A DNA stretch of 64,000 nucleotides from an uncultured bacterium (lineage in GTDB: Bacteria; AUK180): positions 1-64,000 of the forward strand of contig CALMGJ010000030.1 in NCBI GenBank assembly GCA_937863565.1, given 5' to 3'. The notes below the pieces were generated by a model. That model made no database searches. It saw only the letters and a program-made list of their open reading frames with translations, and was not told where the DNA came from. This document shows positions 8,392-16,788 of this stretch, in pieces; positions within the stretch are counted from its first letter, which is position 1, and every line of letters starts with the position of its first letter. A program made the position numbers and the translations under genes.

Positions 8392-10641
8392 ATGGCTGAA
8401 GAGCTCGATAAACTTCTTGCCGAATTGAACAGCAATCCTTCGCCGAAAGCATATTCGACGGTGATCGACTATTACCGGAGGGATGGAGACCACGAAAATG
8501 CCCTGAAATACGCGGATAAATGCCTCGAAGAATTTCCTGACGATCTCAAGATCCTTCTTCTGAAAGGGAAAATCCTTATGGATACCGATGATATTTCCGC
8601 TGCAAAAGAGATTTACGAGGGAATACTGAAGGGAAAACCAACGCATTATATGGCCAATCAGCAATTTGCCAAGATCTGCCGTATCGAAAAGAATTATGAA
8701 ACAGCTTTAAAGCACCTGCAGATACTTCACGACGAGAACCCTGATGACGAGATTGTCGAGGAGGAGATCAAAAACGTAAAAACCCTGTTAAAAGAAGCTC
8801 CGTCGGACGCTGAAATATATACCGTCTCAAATGCCCGTTTATACGAGTCCAAAGGGGATAAAAAGAAGGCGGATGAGATCCTTCGGAAGATTCTGGAAAA
8901 TGATCCGGGGAATAAAGAAGCAAAAGCAGCACTGACCAAGCTTGAAAATCCCGAGGAAACACCTTCACGTGCGGGGGAAGTTGAAGATAAATTCGCAGAT
9001 CTCTTTGAAGAGGGAGAAACTCCGGATGAGATCGGCGGAACCGAGGAAGCCTTCGAGAAGGATATATTCAGCGAACCTGAAGAAAAGAAAGAGGGATCGG
9101 ACGCATTTGGAGATATCTTCGGCAGTGAGGAGAAAGAAGCAAAGAAAGAGGAATCTCTGGACGATATTTTCGGCGAATCCGCTAAGGAAGAAGTTAAGGA
9201 CGAGTTCGGTGATATCTTTGCCTCCGGAAGCGAAACTGAAAAGAAGGAAGAACCGGCCGGCTCCATAGGCGACATTTTCAAGGAGTCGGAAGGCGGTGAA
9301 AAGAGCGAAGAAGCAAAAGAGGACTTCGACATTTTCGGTTCAGAGGAACCCGCCAAAGAAACCAAGAAGGAAGATTCTCTTGATGATATATTCGGTTCGG
9401 AAGAACCTGCTAAAGAAGAAAAAGACGAATTCGGCGATATTTTCGGAGAAGGGACCGAAGCGAAAACCGAGGCCTACGAAAAACCTAAAGAAGAAGAGGA
9501 TATCTTCGGCGAACCTGCTCCGAAAGAAGAAAAAGAAGAAGATATTTTCGAAACGGAAGAGAAACCTAAGGAAGAAGAAGTATTCGAGATAACGGCCAAA
9601 GAAGAATCTGCTGCCGAGGAACCTCAGAAGGAGGAAGAAAAAGCACCGGTCGAAGATATTTTCGCCATATCCGAGTCCAAAGAGGAAGAGACTTTCGACG
9701 ATACGAAACCTCAACCACTTCTCGGCGGGGACGAACAGGTTGGCGAGAGCATAGACAATATCTTTTCAAATATCCAGGATGAGGCAAAAGAAGAAGAACC
9801 CGAATCGGAAGAAACGATCATTTATTCCCCGGGCGCTATACCCAAGACCGCAAAGGAAGATACTCCTCAAGAGGAAGCAGTCCCGGGAACACCCGAGGAA
9901 GCAGTCCCGGAAACACCCGAGGAAGCAGTCCCGGAAACACCCGAGGAAGCAGTCCCGGGAATACCCGAGGAAGCCGTCCCGGTAATGCCCGAGGAAAAAG
10001 AGAAGGGATCGGATATAGAGGATATTCTGAACGCTGCTCCCCCCGCTCAGGAAGCCGAAGATACGATAGTCGCACCCCCGCCTCCCGAGCCTGAAGCTGA
10101 ACCGGTGCCAGTTGCGGAGGAACCTGCTCCGGAACCGGAACCCGAGGAACCTGTTATTATTGATGAACCTGTTCCGCCTGTAGTTGCAGGATCAATACAG
10201 GAAACAAAACCCGGGGCCCAGGTCTTTGCCGCTTCCGCCGCGCCGATCCCCTTGTATCTTGTAAATAAGATCGAAGGGAAACTCGATACGATAGACGCTT
10301 TCCTGGACAAGATGCTCGGTTTTGAGGGAATAAACAGAGTCCTGGTCGTTTCGGAGGACGGTCTTCTGATCGCCGGAAAATCAAAAGAAGAAAATATCGA
10401 TAACAATAAATTCGCCGCGCTGTTCGCTGAATTAATGAAAAAAGCAGGGGAGGTATCCGATATCCTCGGTACAGGAAAACCCGGAGCTTCATATATAGAT
10501 CTTGCCGGTAAGGGAATGCATTTCATCAAAGATGATTACGGCTATATGATCTTTGAAGCTGACGAGTTCATTGCTACTCAATCGCTAATACCGTTCATGA
10601 AATACGTATCCGGGAAAGTTAAAGAGAATGGAATACTTTGA
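8392..10641 (+). CDS. TPR protein with long acidic low-complexity repeat linker and C-terminal Roadblock/LC7 (MglB-like) domain
   Basis: N-terminal TPR helices; many D(I/L)F(G/S/A/E) repeats; PEEAVPET repeats; C-terminal GINRVLVVSEDGLLIA...FAALFAELM Roadblock signature. Confidence 0.7.
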   Translation: MAEELDKLLAELNSNPSPKAYSTVIDYYRRDGDHENALKYADKCLEEFPDDLKILLLKGKILMDTDDISAAKEIYEGILKGKPTHYMANQQFAKICRIEKNYETALKHLQILHDENPDDEIVEEEIKNVKTLLKEAPSDAEIYTVSNARLYESKGDKKKADEILRKILENDPGNKEAKAALTKLENPEETPSRAGEVEDKFADLFEEGETPDEIGGTEEAFEKDIFSEPEEKKEGSDAFGDIFGSEEKEAKKEESLDDIFGESAKEEVKDEFGDIFASGSETEKKEEPAGSIGDIFKESEGGEKSEEAKEDFDIFGSEEPAKETKKEDSLDDIFGSEEPAKEEKDEFGDIFGEGTEAKTEAYEKPKEEEDIFGEPAPKEEKEEDIFETEEKPKEEEVFEITAKEESAAEEPQKEEEKAPVEDIFAISESKEEETFDDTKPQPLLGGDEQVGESIDNIFSNIQDEAKEEEPESEETIIYSPGAIPKTAKEDTPQEEAVPGTPEEAVPETPEEAVPETPEEAVPGIPEEAVPVMPEEKEKGSDIEDILNAAPPAQEAEDTIVAPPPPEPEAEPVPVAEEPAPEPEPEEPVIIDEPVPPVVAGSIQETKPGAQVFAASAAPIPLYLVNKIEGKLDTIDAFLDKMLGFEGINRVLVVSEDGLLIAGKSKEENIDNNKFAALFAELMKKAGEVSDILGTGKPGASYIDLAGKGMHFIKDDYGYMIFEADEFIATQSLIPFMKYVSGKVKENGIL
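9871..9996 (+). repeat. Intragenic 24-bp tandem repeat x5 plus partial (EEAVP[G/E]TP)
   Basis: gaggaagcagtcccgg(g/a)aacaccc-type units at 9871, 9895, 9919, 9943 and 9967. Confidence 0.95.
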
Positions 10642-11719
10642 AAGGCGCCTGGAGATCCTCCGCGCCGAATATCCTGACTCCGTAATTCTATTTCGGGACA
10701 ATATTTCCCGAATATATCTTACGGGTTTCCGGTCTAGCGACGATGCCGACGGAATTCTCGCTGTTTTTCCCGATGAAGCTCAGTTCTACATTGACTCAAG
10801 GTATACTGAGGATGCCGAGGGAAGTGTGAGATCGGCAGATGTTATTCTTGCCAAATCTTACAAGGAAGTGTACGTACGCATTTTCGAAGCAGCTTCACAG
10901 AAGGGGCTGAAGACATTCATTTTCGACGGCACGAAAACTGACTATGAGACATTCAGGATTCTGAAAAAAATCCGCGGCGGTCTTAAAATGAGATCTGTCC
11001 CCGGCATTCTTTCGGAACAACGGGCCGTAAAGACGGAAAGAGAGATCGCGCTGATATCCAAAGCCGTTGAAATTTCCGAGAAAGCCCTGTCCGAAACTTT
11101 GCCTCTGATAAAGCCGGGTGTATCGGAAAAGGACATTCAAACAGAGCTCGAATACCGGATAAAAATGAACGGAGGCACGGGGCCCTCTTTTGAAACGATC
11201 CTGCTTTTCGGGCCGAGGTCCTCGCTGCCGCACGGAGTTCCCTCGCATCAGGTGAAATGCAAAGACAAGGATATCGTCCTGATCGACTACGGAGTATCGT
11301 ACGAGAACTATATCTCGGACATCACACGGACATTTTTCGTAGGCACCCCTTCCGATAGAATGAAACAGGTCTATCTCACTGTGCTCAGGGCTAATCAGAA
11401 GGTTCTTGAAAAATCGCGTGAGGGAATGATGATCAAGAGGGTGGACGCTCTTGCCCGCAAAGAGATAGAAAAAGCAGGATACGGAGATAAATTTATTCAC
11501 AGTCTCGGGCACGGGATCGGACTGGAAGTCCATGAAGCGCCACTCGTTTCCTTTAAGGCGCTAAGAGGGAGGCTCAAGGTTAACAATGTGTTCACTGACG
11601 AACCCGGGATCTATCTGCCGGGTGAATTCGGCGTCCGCATTGAAGATGATATATTGATCACCGAAACCGGTGCGGTGAACCTTTCATCCGGCATCTCAAA
11701 AGAACTTACTGTGCTTTGA
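10628..11719 (+). CDS. Xaa-Pro aminopeptidase/dipeptidase (M24B)
   Basis: SSLPHG, IDYG..YISDITRT, HSLGHGIGLEVHE, EPGIY, VRIEDD; adjacent to efp. Confidence 0.93.
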   Translation: MEYFERRLEILRAEYPDSVILFRDNISRIYLTGFRSSDDADGILAVFPDEAQFYIDSRYTEDAEGSVRSADVILAKSYKEVYVRIFEAASQKGLKTFIFDGTKTDYETFRILKKIRGGLKMRSVPGILSEQRAVKTEREIALISKAVEISEKALSETLPLIKPGVSEKDIQTELEYRIKMNGGTGPSFETILLFGPRSSLPHGVPSHQVKCKDKDIVLIDYGVSYENYISDITRTFFVGTPSDRMKQVYLTVLRANQKVLEKSREGMMIKRVDALARKEIEKAGYGDKFIHSLGHGIGLEVHEAPLVSFKALRGRLKVNNVFTDEPGIYLPGEFGVRIEDDILITETGAVNLSSGISKELTVL

Positions 11720-11731
11720 TGAGGTATAACG

Positions 11732-12289
11732 ATGACGCTTTCAAATGATCTGAAGAACGGCATGATACTGGAAATCGATAAAACACTCTACACTGTCGTA
11801 GAATTCCAGCATTTCAAGCCGGGAAAGGGCGGAGCTTTCGTAAGGACGAAACTGAAGAATCTTCTTTCGGGGAATGTTGTGGAAAAAACTTTCCGATCCG
11901 GCGAGAAAGTTAATGAGCAGAGAATTGAAAGAAGGGATCTTGAGTATTCATACCATGACGGGTCGCACTATGTCTTCTTGGATCCTCAAACCTTTGAGCA
12001 GACTGAGATCGGCGAAGAACTTCTGGGCAATACCGTAAACTATATGAAGGAAGGCATCGCCATTACTGCGCTTTTCTTCGAAGGACGCATACTTACGATC
12101 GAACCGCCTACTTTTGTGATCCTTAAGGTCACATCAACGCCCCCCGGCGTCAGGGGCAATACCGTAACGGGGGCCACGAAAACCGCTACTTTAGAAACAG
12201 GCCTAGTAATAAATGTGCCTCTTTTCATTGACGAGAACGACAATGTAAAAGTGGACACGAGAACGAATTCCTATGTTGAAAGAGTATAA
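11732..12289 (+). CDS. efp: Elongation factor P
   Basis: QHFKPGKGGAFVRTKLKN, LETG..VPLFI, VDTR..YVER. Confidence 0.97.
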   Translation: MTLSNDLKNGMILEIDKTLYTVVEFQHFKPGKGGAFVRTKLKNLLSGNVVEKTFRSGEKVNEQRIERRDLEYSYHDGSHYVFLDPQTFEQTEIGEELLGNTVNYMKEGIAITALFFEGRILTIEPPTFVILKVTSTPPGVRGNTVTGATKTATLETGLVINVPLFIDENDNVKVDTRTNSYVERV

Positions 12290-12300
12290 AGGGGAGTTGA

Positions 12301-12750
12301 ATGAATATTGAACAGATCGAGAAGTTGATCAAGATCCTTAAAGAATCCGACATCAGCGAGATAGTGGTCGAAGAGGGGAACGGTGTTAAAATCCATCTCA
12401 AGAGGGATTTTCTGAACGGTCAAACAGTTGTGCGGACCGTTGAATCGGCCGCAGCGTCTTCCGCCTTGACCGTAGTGCCGCCGTCGCCGGCCCCCGTTCA
12501 GGAAAAACCGAAGAATCATATCTGCGCGAAGATGCCCGGCACTTTCTACAGATCCCCGTCGCCTCAATCGCCTCCCTATGTTCAGGAAGGGGATATCGTG
12601 AACGAGAATACGGTAATATGCATTATCGAAGCTATGAAGATATTCAATGAGATAAAGGCGGGTGTTAAAGGCCGCATCGTTAAAGTGCTTGTGGAGAACG
12701 GCGAGGGCATTGAATATAATCAGCCGCTCTTCGAAATTGAAAATACCTAA
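12301..12750 (+). CDS. accB: Acetyl-CoA carboxylase biotin carboxyl carrier protein
   Basis: MPGTFYRSPSP, IIEAMKIFNEI biotinylation motif. Confidence 0.96.
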   Translation: MNIEQIEKLIKILKESDISEIVVEEGNGVKIHLKRDFLNGQTVVRTVESAAASSALTVVPPSPAPVQEKPKNHICAKMPGTFYRSPSPQSPPYVQEGDIVNENTVICIIEAMKIFNEIKAGVKGRIVKVLVENGEGIEYNQPLFEIENT

Positions 12751-12764
12751 AACGAGGGAATCAA

Positions 12765-14522
12765 ATGGAAGAAGAAAAAAAGAAAAAGAACGTGAATCCC
12801 GAGGATCTTTTCGCCGAGTTCATTAAGGATAATCCTTTGAAAAAGGGCGAAGCAAAAGAAGCTGCTCCCGAAGAGAAGGCGGAAGAGATACCAACCCTCA
12901 ACAAGGAAGAAAAGGGCAAGCTGCTCGAAGAAGAAGAAGAAGACCTCATGAGATCAGGCGAGGTGGATACTTATGAAGACGAGGAATTGAAGATCCTTGC
13001 AGGCTTTCTTCAGGACAGATTCCTTATTTCCACTTCAATCGAGAAAGGTTTCAAACCGTTCCTTTTCAGGTCTAAGCTTGCAAGGATAATCTGCAATGTC
13101 ATCTTCGAATTCTATGACAGCAAAAGGGAAGACGCTACGATCGATTACGAAACGATAAAGAATGAGCTTATTTCCCGAAATTACTACAGCATCGAGATGC
13201 AGAAACTCTATACGAAGCTCAAAGGCATCGATTCTCCTCAACTTTCCCAGATCATGACCTTCATCGATATTCTGAAGATGCGCGCGGGAAAGGATAAACT
13301 GAAGGAAGTGAGAGATAAAATAGAGGATTATCTTACTTCCGTGGATCCCGACAAAGGCGATGTGGCGGATTTCTCGGGTAAACTCGGGCATCAGTTGATA
13401 TCGCTTCAGAAAATGCAGTTCCACGAGGTCATTCTTCCCATGAAATACAACCTTTACGAACTGGAAAGCGAGATCAGGAACAGGAAGGAGGATATCGCCG
13501 AAGGTATAATGGGTTATTCCGTTAAACCGTTCAATACTCTGAATAAAGCGCTTTCCGGCCTCAGGAAAGGTTTCTATTACGGACTCGGCGGCGCTCCCCG
13601 CCGCGGTAAAACGAACTTCTCTCTGGCCATTGCTACGCACACATCCGCACAGAACAAGATCCCCGTCCTGTTCTATTCATGGGAACAGACGAAAAGGGTT
13701 CTGACCCTGAGGATCCTTTCCAAGGAGAGCTTCATCAACCCGAATATCCTTCAAACGAAAAATATTATGGAAGACAAGATCATCAAGAATAAATTCATAA
13801 AGGGCTGGCACGCTACCGAAGCCTATATGAATTATATCTTTCTCATTGAAGGAGGAATGAAAGACAATTTCGAACGTATCGAATCTCATGCGTACAATGT
13901 CATGCACGAGTTCGAAACGGATGAAATATCCATCTTCATAGACTACCTGCAGAAGATGCCCCTGGAATCTCATATTACTGACCCGCAAACAAGGATCAAC
14001 CGTATCTCCACAGGCCTTTCAGAACTGTCACTCTCGCTGAATTGCCCGATCTGGGCCATAACATCCCTGGACAGGGAAGGCTGCAAACTGGACGAGAAGG
14101 AAAGTTACGAACGGCCCACAATGCATAATACTACGGGTTCCGGGGATATCGAATACGACCTTGACGTGGGTATGATACTGACCAAGGACTGGAGTGATTC
14201 ACAGGAGCTTACTCAGCAGTTGAGAGAGATCGCAAAAGCCAAGAACATACCTGCGAACAATATTCCCAAGATCGATGTTTTGAATCTCTTCATCGATAAG
14301 AACCGGGACGCGCCTCCGGGCCTCTCGAACATCGTTCAATATCTCTTCTTCATCGAGATCAACAAACATATCGAGATCGGCTTCAAGAATGTCGAGGAAA
14401 CGCACACTTATGCGAAAGTTCAGAATATAATCAAGAAACTGATCAAAAGCCGCATCCTCTGGAGCGAATATGCTCATCTCCTTCAGGAATACAATACGAT
14501 GAAGATAGAGGGCTTTGAATAA
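12765..14522 (+). CDS. Divergent DnaB-like (SF4) helicase/ATPase
   Basis: GGAPRRGKT (H1), LFYSWEQ (H1a), IFIDYLQ (H2), ISTGLSELSLSLNCPIWAITSLDR (H3), RPTMHNTTGSGDIEYDLD (H4), DKNRD; DnaB-N-like helical region after an acidic extension. Confidence 0.8.
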   Translation: MEEEKKKKNVNPEDLFAEFIKDNPLKKGEAKEAAPEEKAEEIPTLNKEEKGKLLEEEEEDLMRSGEVDTYEDEELKILAGFLQDRFLISTSIEKGFKPFLFRSKLARIICNVIFEFYDSKREDATIDYETIKNELISRNYYSIEMQKLYTKLKGIDSPQLSQIMTFIDILKMRAGKDKLKEVRDKIEDYLTSVDPDKGDVADFSGKLGHQLISLQKMQFHEVILPMKYNLYELESEIRNRKEDIAEGIMGYSVKPFNTLNKALSGLRKGFYYGLGGAPRRGKTNFSLAIATHTSAQNKIPVLFYSWEQTKRVLTLRILSKESFINPNILQTKNIMEDKIIKNKFIKGWHATEAYMNYIFLIEGGMKDNFERIESHAYNVMHEFETDEISIFIDYLQKMPLESHITDPQTRINRISTGLSELSLSLNCPIWAITSLDREGCKLDEKESYERPTMHNTTGSGDIEYDLDVGMILTKDWSDSQELTQQLREIAKAKNIPANNIPKIDVLNLFIDKNRDAPPGLSNIVQYLFFIEINKHIEIGFKNVEETHTYAKVQNIIKKLIKSRILWSEYAHLLQEYNTMKIEGFE

Positions 14523-14530
14523 CAGGCCAT

Positions 14531-15886
14531 ATGGATAAGATCAAAAAAGTACTCATCGCTAACCGCGGTGAGATCGCCTTAAGGATCATCAGAAGCTGCA
14601 AGGACCTGCACATACCTACGGTCGCGGTGTTCTCAACCGCCGATGAGAAATCCTCTCATGTGGCATTTGCCGACGAATCCATCTGCATAGGCCCTCCTTC
14701 CCCGAAGGAAAGTTATCTGAAGATCCCCTCCATCATTACTGCCGCAGAGATCTCAGGTGCCAATGCCATTCATCCCGGATACGGTTTTCTGGCAGAGAAT
14801 GAAGAATTCGCAAGGATATGCAAGGAGAGCAACATCATCTTCATCGGCCCTTCGGCGGACATTATTGCCCTGATGGGCAATAAAACGGAGGCGCGGAAAA
14901 CGATGAAGAAGGTCGGCGTTCCCGTTGTGCCGGGAAGTGCCGGAGACCTTACATCATTTGAGGAGCTTAGTTCGATCGTAAAGAAGATAAAATACCCCGT
15001 TATCATCAAGGCGACTTCGGGCGGCGGGGGAAAGGGCATGCGCATCGTTAAAAAGGAGGAGTACCTGAAGAACAGCTTTGAGATGGCCCAAGCCGAAGCA
15101 AAGAACGCCTTCAATGATCCTTCCGTTTATGTGGAAAAATACATAGAGAATCCCCATCATATTGAAGTCCAGATGCTGGGAGATCACTACGGTAATGTGC
15201 TCCATTTCGGGGAAAGGGATTGCTCCATCCAAAGGAAGCATCAGAAGATCATCGAAGAATCGCCATCTCCCATATTGGACGACGAGAAGCGTAAAGCGCT
15301 GTTCGATGCTGCTATTAAAGCCTGCCGTGCTGTCAACTACAATTCCGCGGGTACCATCGAATTCATCGTCGATAATGACCTCAATTTCTATTTCATGGAA
15401 ATGAATACGAGAATACAGGTGGAACATACCGTATCGGAGATGCGTTCAGGTATCGATCTCGTGCTCAGGCAGATCAGAATATCGGATGAGGAAAGGCTCA
15501 ATTTCAGGCAGAAGGACCTCAAGATCAAAGGGCACGCTATCGAAGTGCGCATAAATGCCGAGGATCCCGACAATAATTTCGCACCTTCTCCCGGAAAGAT
15601 AACTAATCTGAACATACCTGGCGGCTTCGGCATCCGAGTGGATTCGTTCATCTATCCGGATTATATCATTTCCCCTTATTACGATTCCATGGTGGCCAAA
15701 CTGATCGTTTATGCCGAAACAAGGTTCATGGCGATCAACCGCCTTAACCGTGCTCTGGACGAATTCTATGTGGACGGGATCACGACGAACATTAAATTCC
15801 TGAAAGAGATCATAAATACCGATGCTTTCAGAAAAGGAGAATATAACACTCACTTTGTAGAGGAGTTTTTATCATCGAAAAAATAG
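14531..15886 (+). CDS. accC: Acetyl-CoA carboxylase biotin carboxylase
   Basis: KVLIANRGEIA, HPGYGFLAEN, GGGGKGMR, RDCSIQR, EMNTRIQVEH, RINAED, YYDSMVAK. Confidence 0.98.
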   Translation: MDKIKKVLIANRGEIALRIIRSCKDLHIPTVAVFSTADEKSSHVAFADESICIGPPSPKESYLKIPSIITAAEISGANAIHPGYGFLAENEEFARICKESNIIFIGPSADIIALMGNKTEARKTMKKVGVPVVPGSAGDLTSFEELSSIVKKIKYPVIIKATSGGGGKGMRIVKKEEYLKNSFEMAQAEAKNAFNDPSVYVEKYIENPHHIEVQMLGDHYGNVLHFGERDCSIQRKHQKIIEESPSPILDDEKRKALFDAAIKACRAVNYNSAGTIEFIVDNDLNFYFMEMNTRIQVEHTVSEMRSGIDLVLRQIRISDEERLNFRQKDLKIKGHAIEVRINAEDPDNNFAPSPGKITNLNIPGGFGIRVDSFIYPDYIISPYYDSMVAKLIVYAETRFMAINRLNRALDEFYVDGITTNIKFLKEIINTDAFRKGEYNTHFVEEFLSSKK

Positions 15887-15891
15887 CCTTT

Positions 15892-16779
15892 GTGGTCATT
15901 ATTGCCGCGGCTGCGGTTTTTTTTTTCGCTACAAGAAGACGCGGCATACGGAAAAAGGATACAAAAGCGTTCGTCATATCGGAAGAGTATTATCTTGAGG
16001 ACGGAGATATATTCATGCTTGTGCTTGAACACCTGACCGAGAACAAGAAGCTGCCTTACGGCGTTAGCGAGAACGCTTTTTACAAGTACCTGTTCAGATT
16101 TAAAAAGAACCGTCCCGATCTTGTAAGGAAATATTTCGAAAAGCTCTCCGACGTGATCGAGATCATCCCGGTTTCCGACGAAAGATCTAAACAGCACTTC
16201 CTGGATTACTATTTCCGTGCGGAATTCTCCGAATTCAAGGAGTTCTGGGATCTCTTAAAAAGCCCTCACCCGCCTTTCAATTTTTCCGATGAGGACGCGA
16301 TCTCGAGTTATTTCGGGATACGCCTGAAAAATCTTAAAAAGGAGGATTTTTCATCTTTTTCCGAAGCTGAGATGCAGTTCTATCAGGAGAACGCTAAAGA
16401 ATACGAGAACAGGACCAATATGATCAAACTCGGCGATATGTTCATGGAGAAGAAAAAATACGCGGATGCGCTCATATATTACCGCAAAGTGATCGAAATG
16501 CCTCAGGAACAGGACAGGCCTTATAAAAGTACTATCCGGAAACTTGCCGAGATCCATGAGGTGCTCGGCAACATTTCTCTCAATCTTTATTATCTTACGC
16601 TGCTCCACTACATTGACAGGTCCCACAAACTTGCCGAAGACGATTTTAAACGGGCATTGAAAAACCACCACCTCAGCAGTTATTATGCGGAAATGATGGA
16701 GAAGATCAAGGACGGTGAGAAGGTTTTCACCGACTATGTTAAAGAGATCTTCGCGAACCGCAATATCAGAATAAGTTAA
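15892..16779 (+). CDS. Hypothetical protein, N-terminal membrane anchor, TPR-like helices
   Basis: Hydrophobic N-terminus; LGDMFMEKKKYADALIYYRKVIE TPR-like; in gene run. Start uncertain. Confidence 0.6.
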   Translation: MVIIAAAAVFFFATRRRGIRKKDTKAFVISEEYYLEDGDIFMLVLEHLTENKKLPYGVSENAFYKYLFRFKKNRPDLVRKYFEKLSDVIEIIPVSDERSKQHFLDYYFRAEFSEFKEFWDLLKSPHPPFNFSDEDAISSYFGIRLKNLKKEDFSSFSEAEMQFYQENAKEYENRTNMIKLGDMFMEKKKYADALIYYRKVIEMPQEQDRPYKSTIRKLAEIHEVLGNISLNLYYLTLLHYIDRSHKLAEDDFKRALKNHHLSSYYAEMMEKIKDGEKVFTDYVKEIFANRNIRIS

Positions 16780-16788
16780 GAGGTTAAT

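Noticed and set aside
9871..9996. 24-bp repeats as a CRISPR array
   Set aside because: Contiguous with no spacers, in frame within a CDS, and no cas genes.
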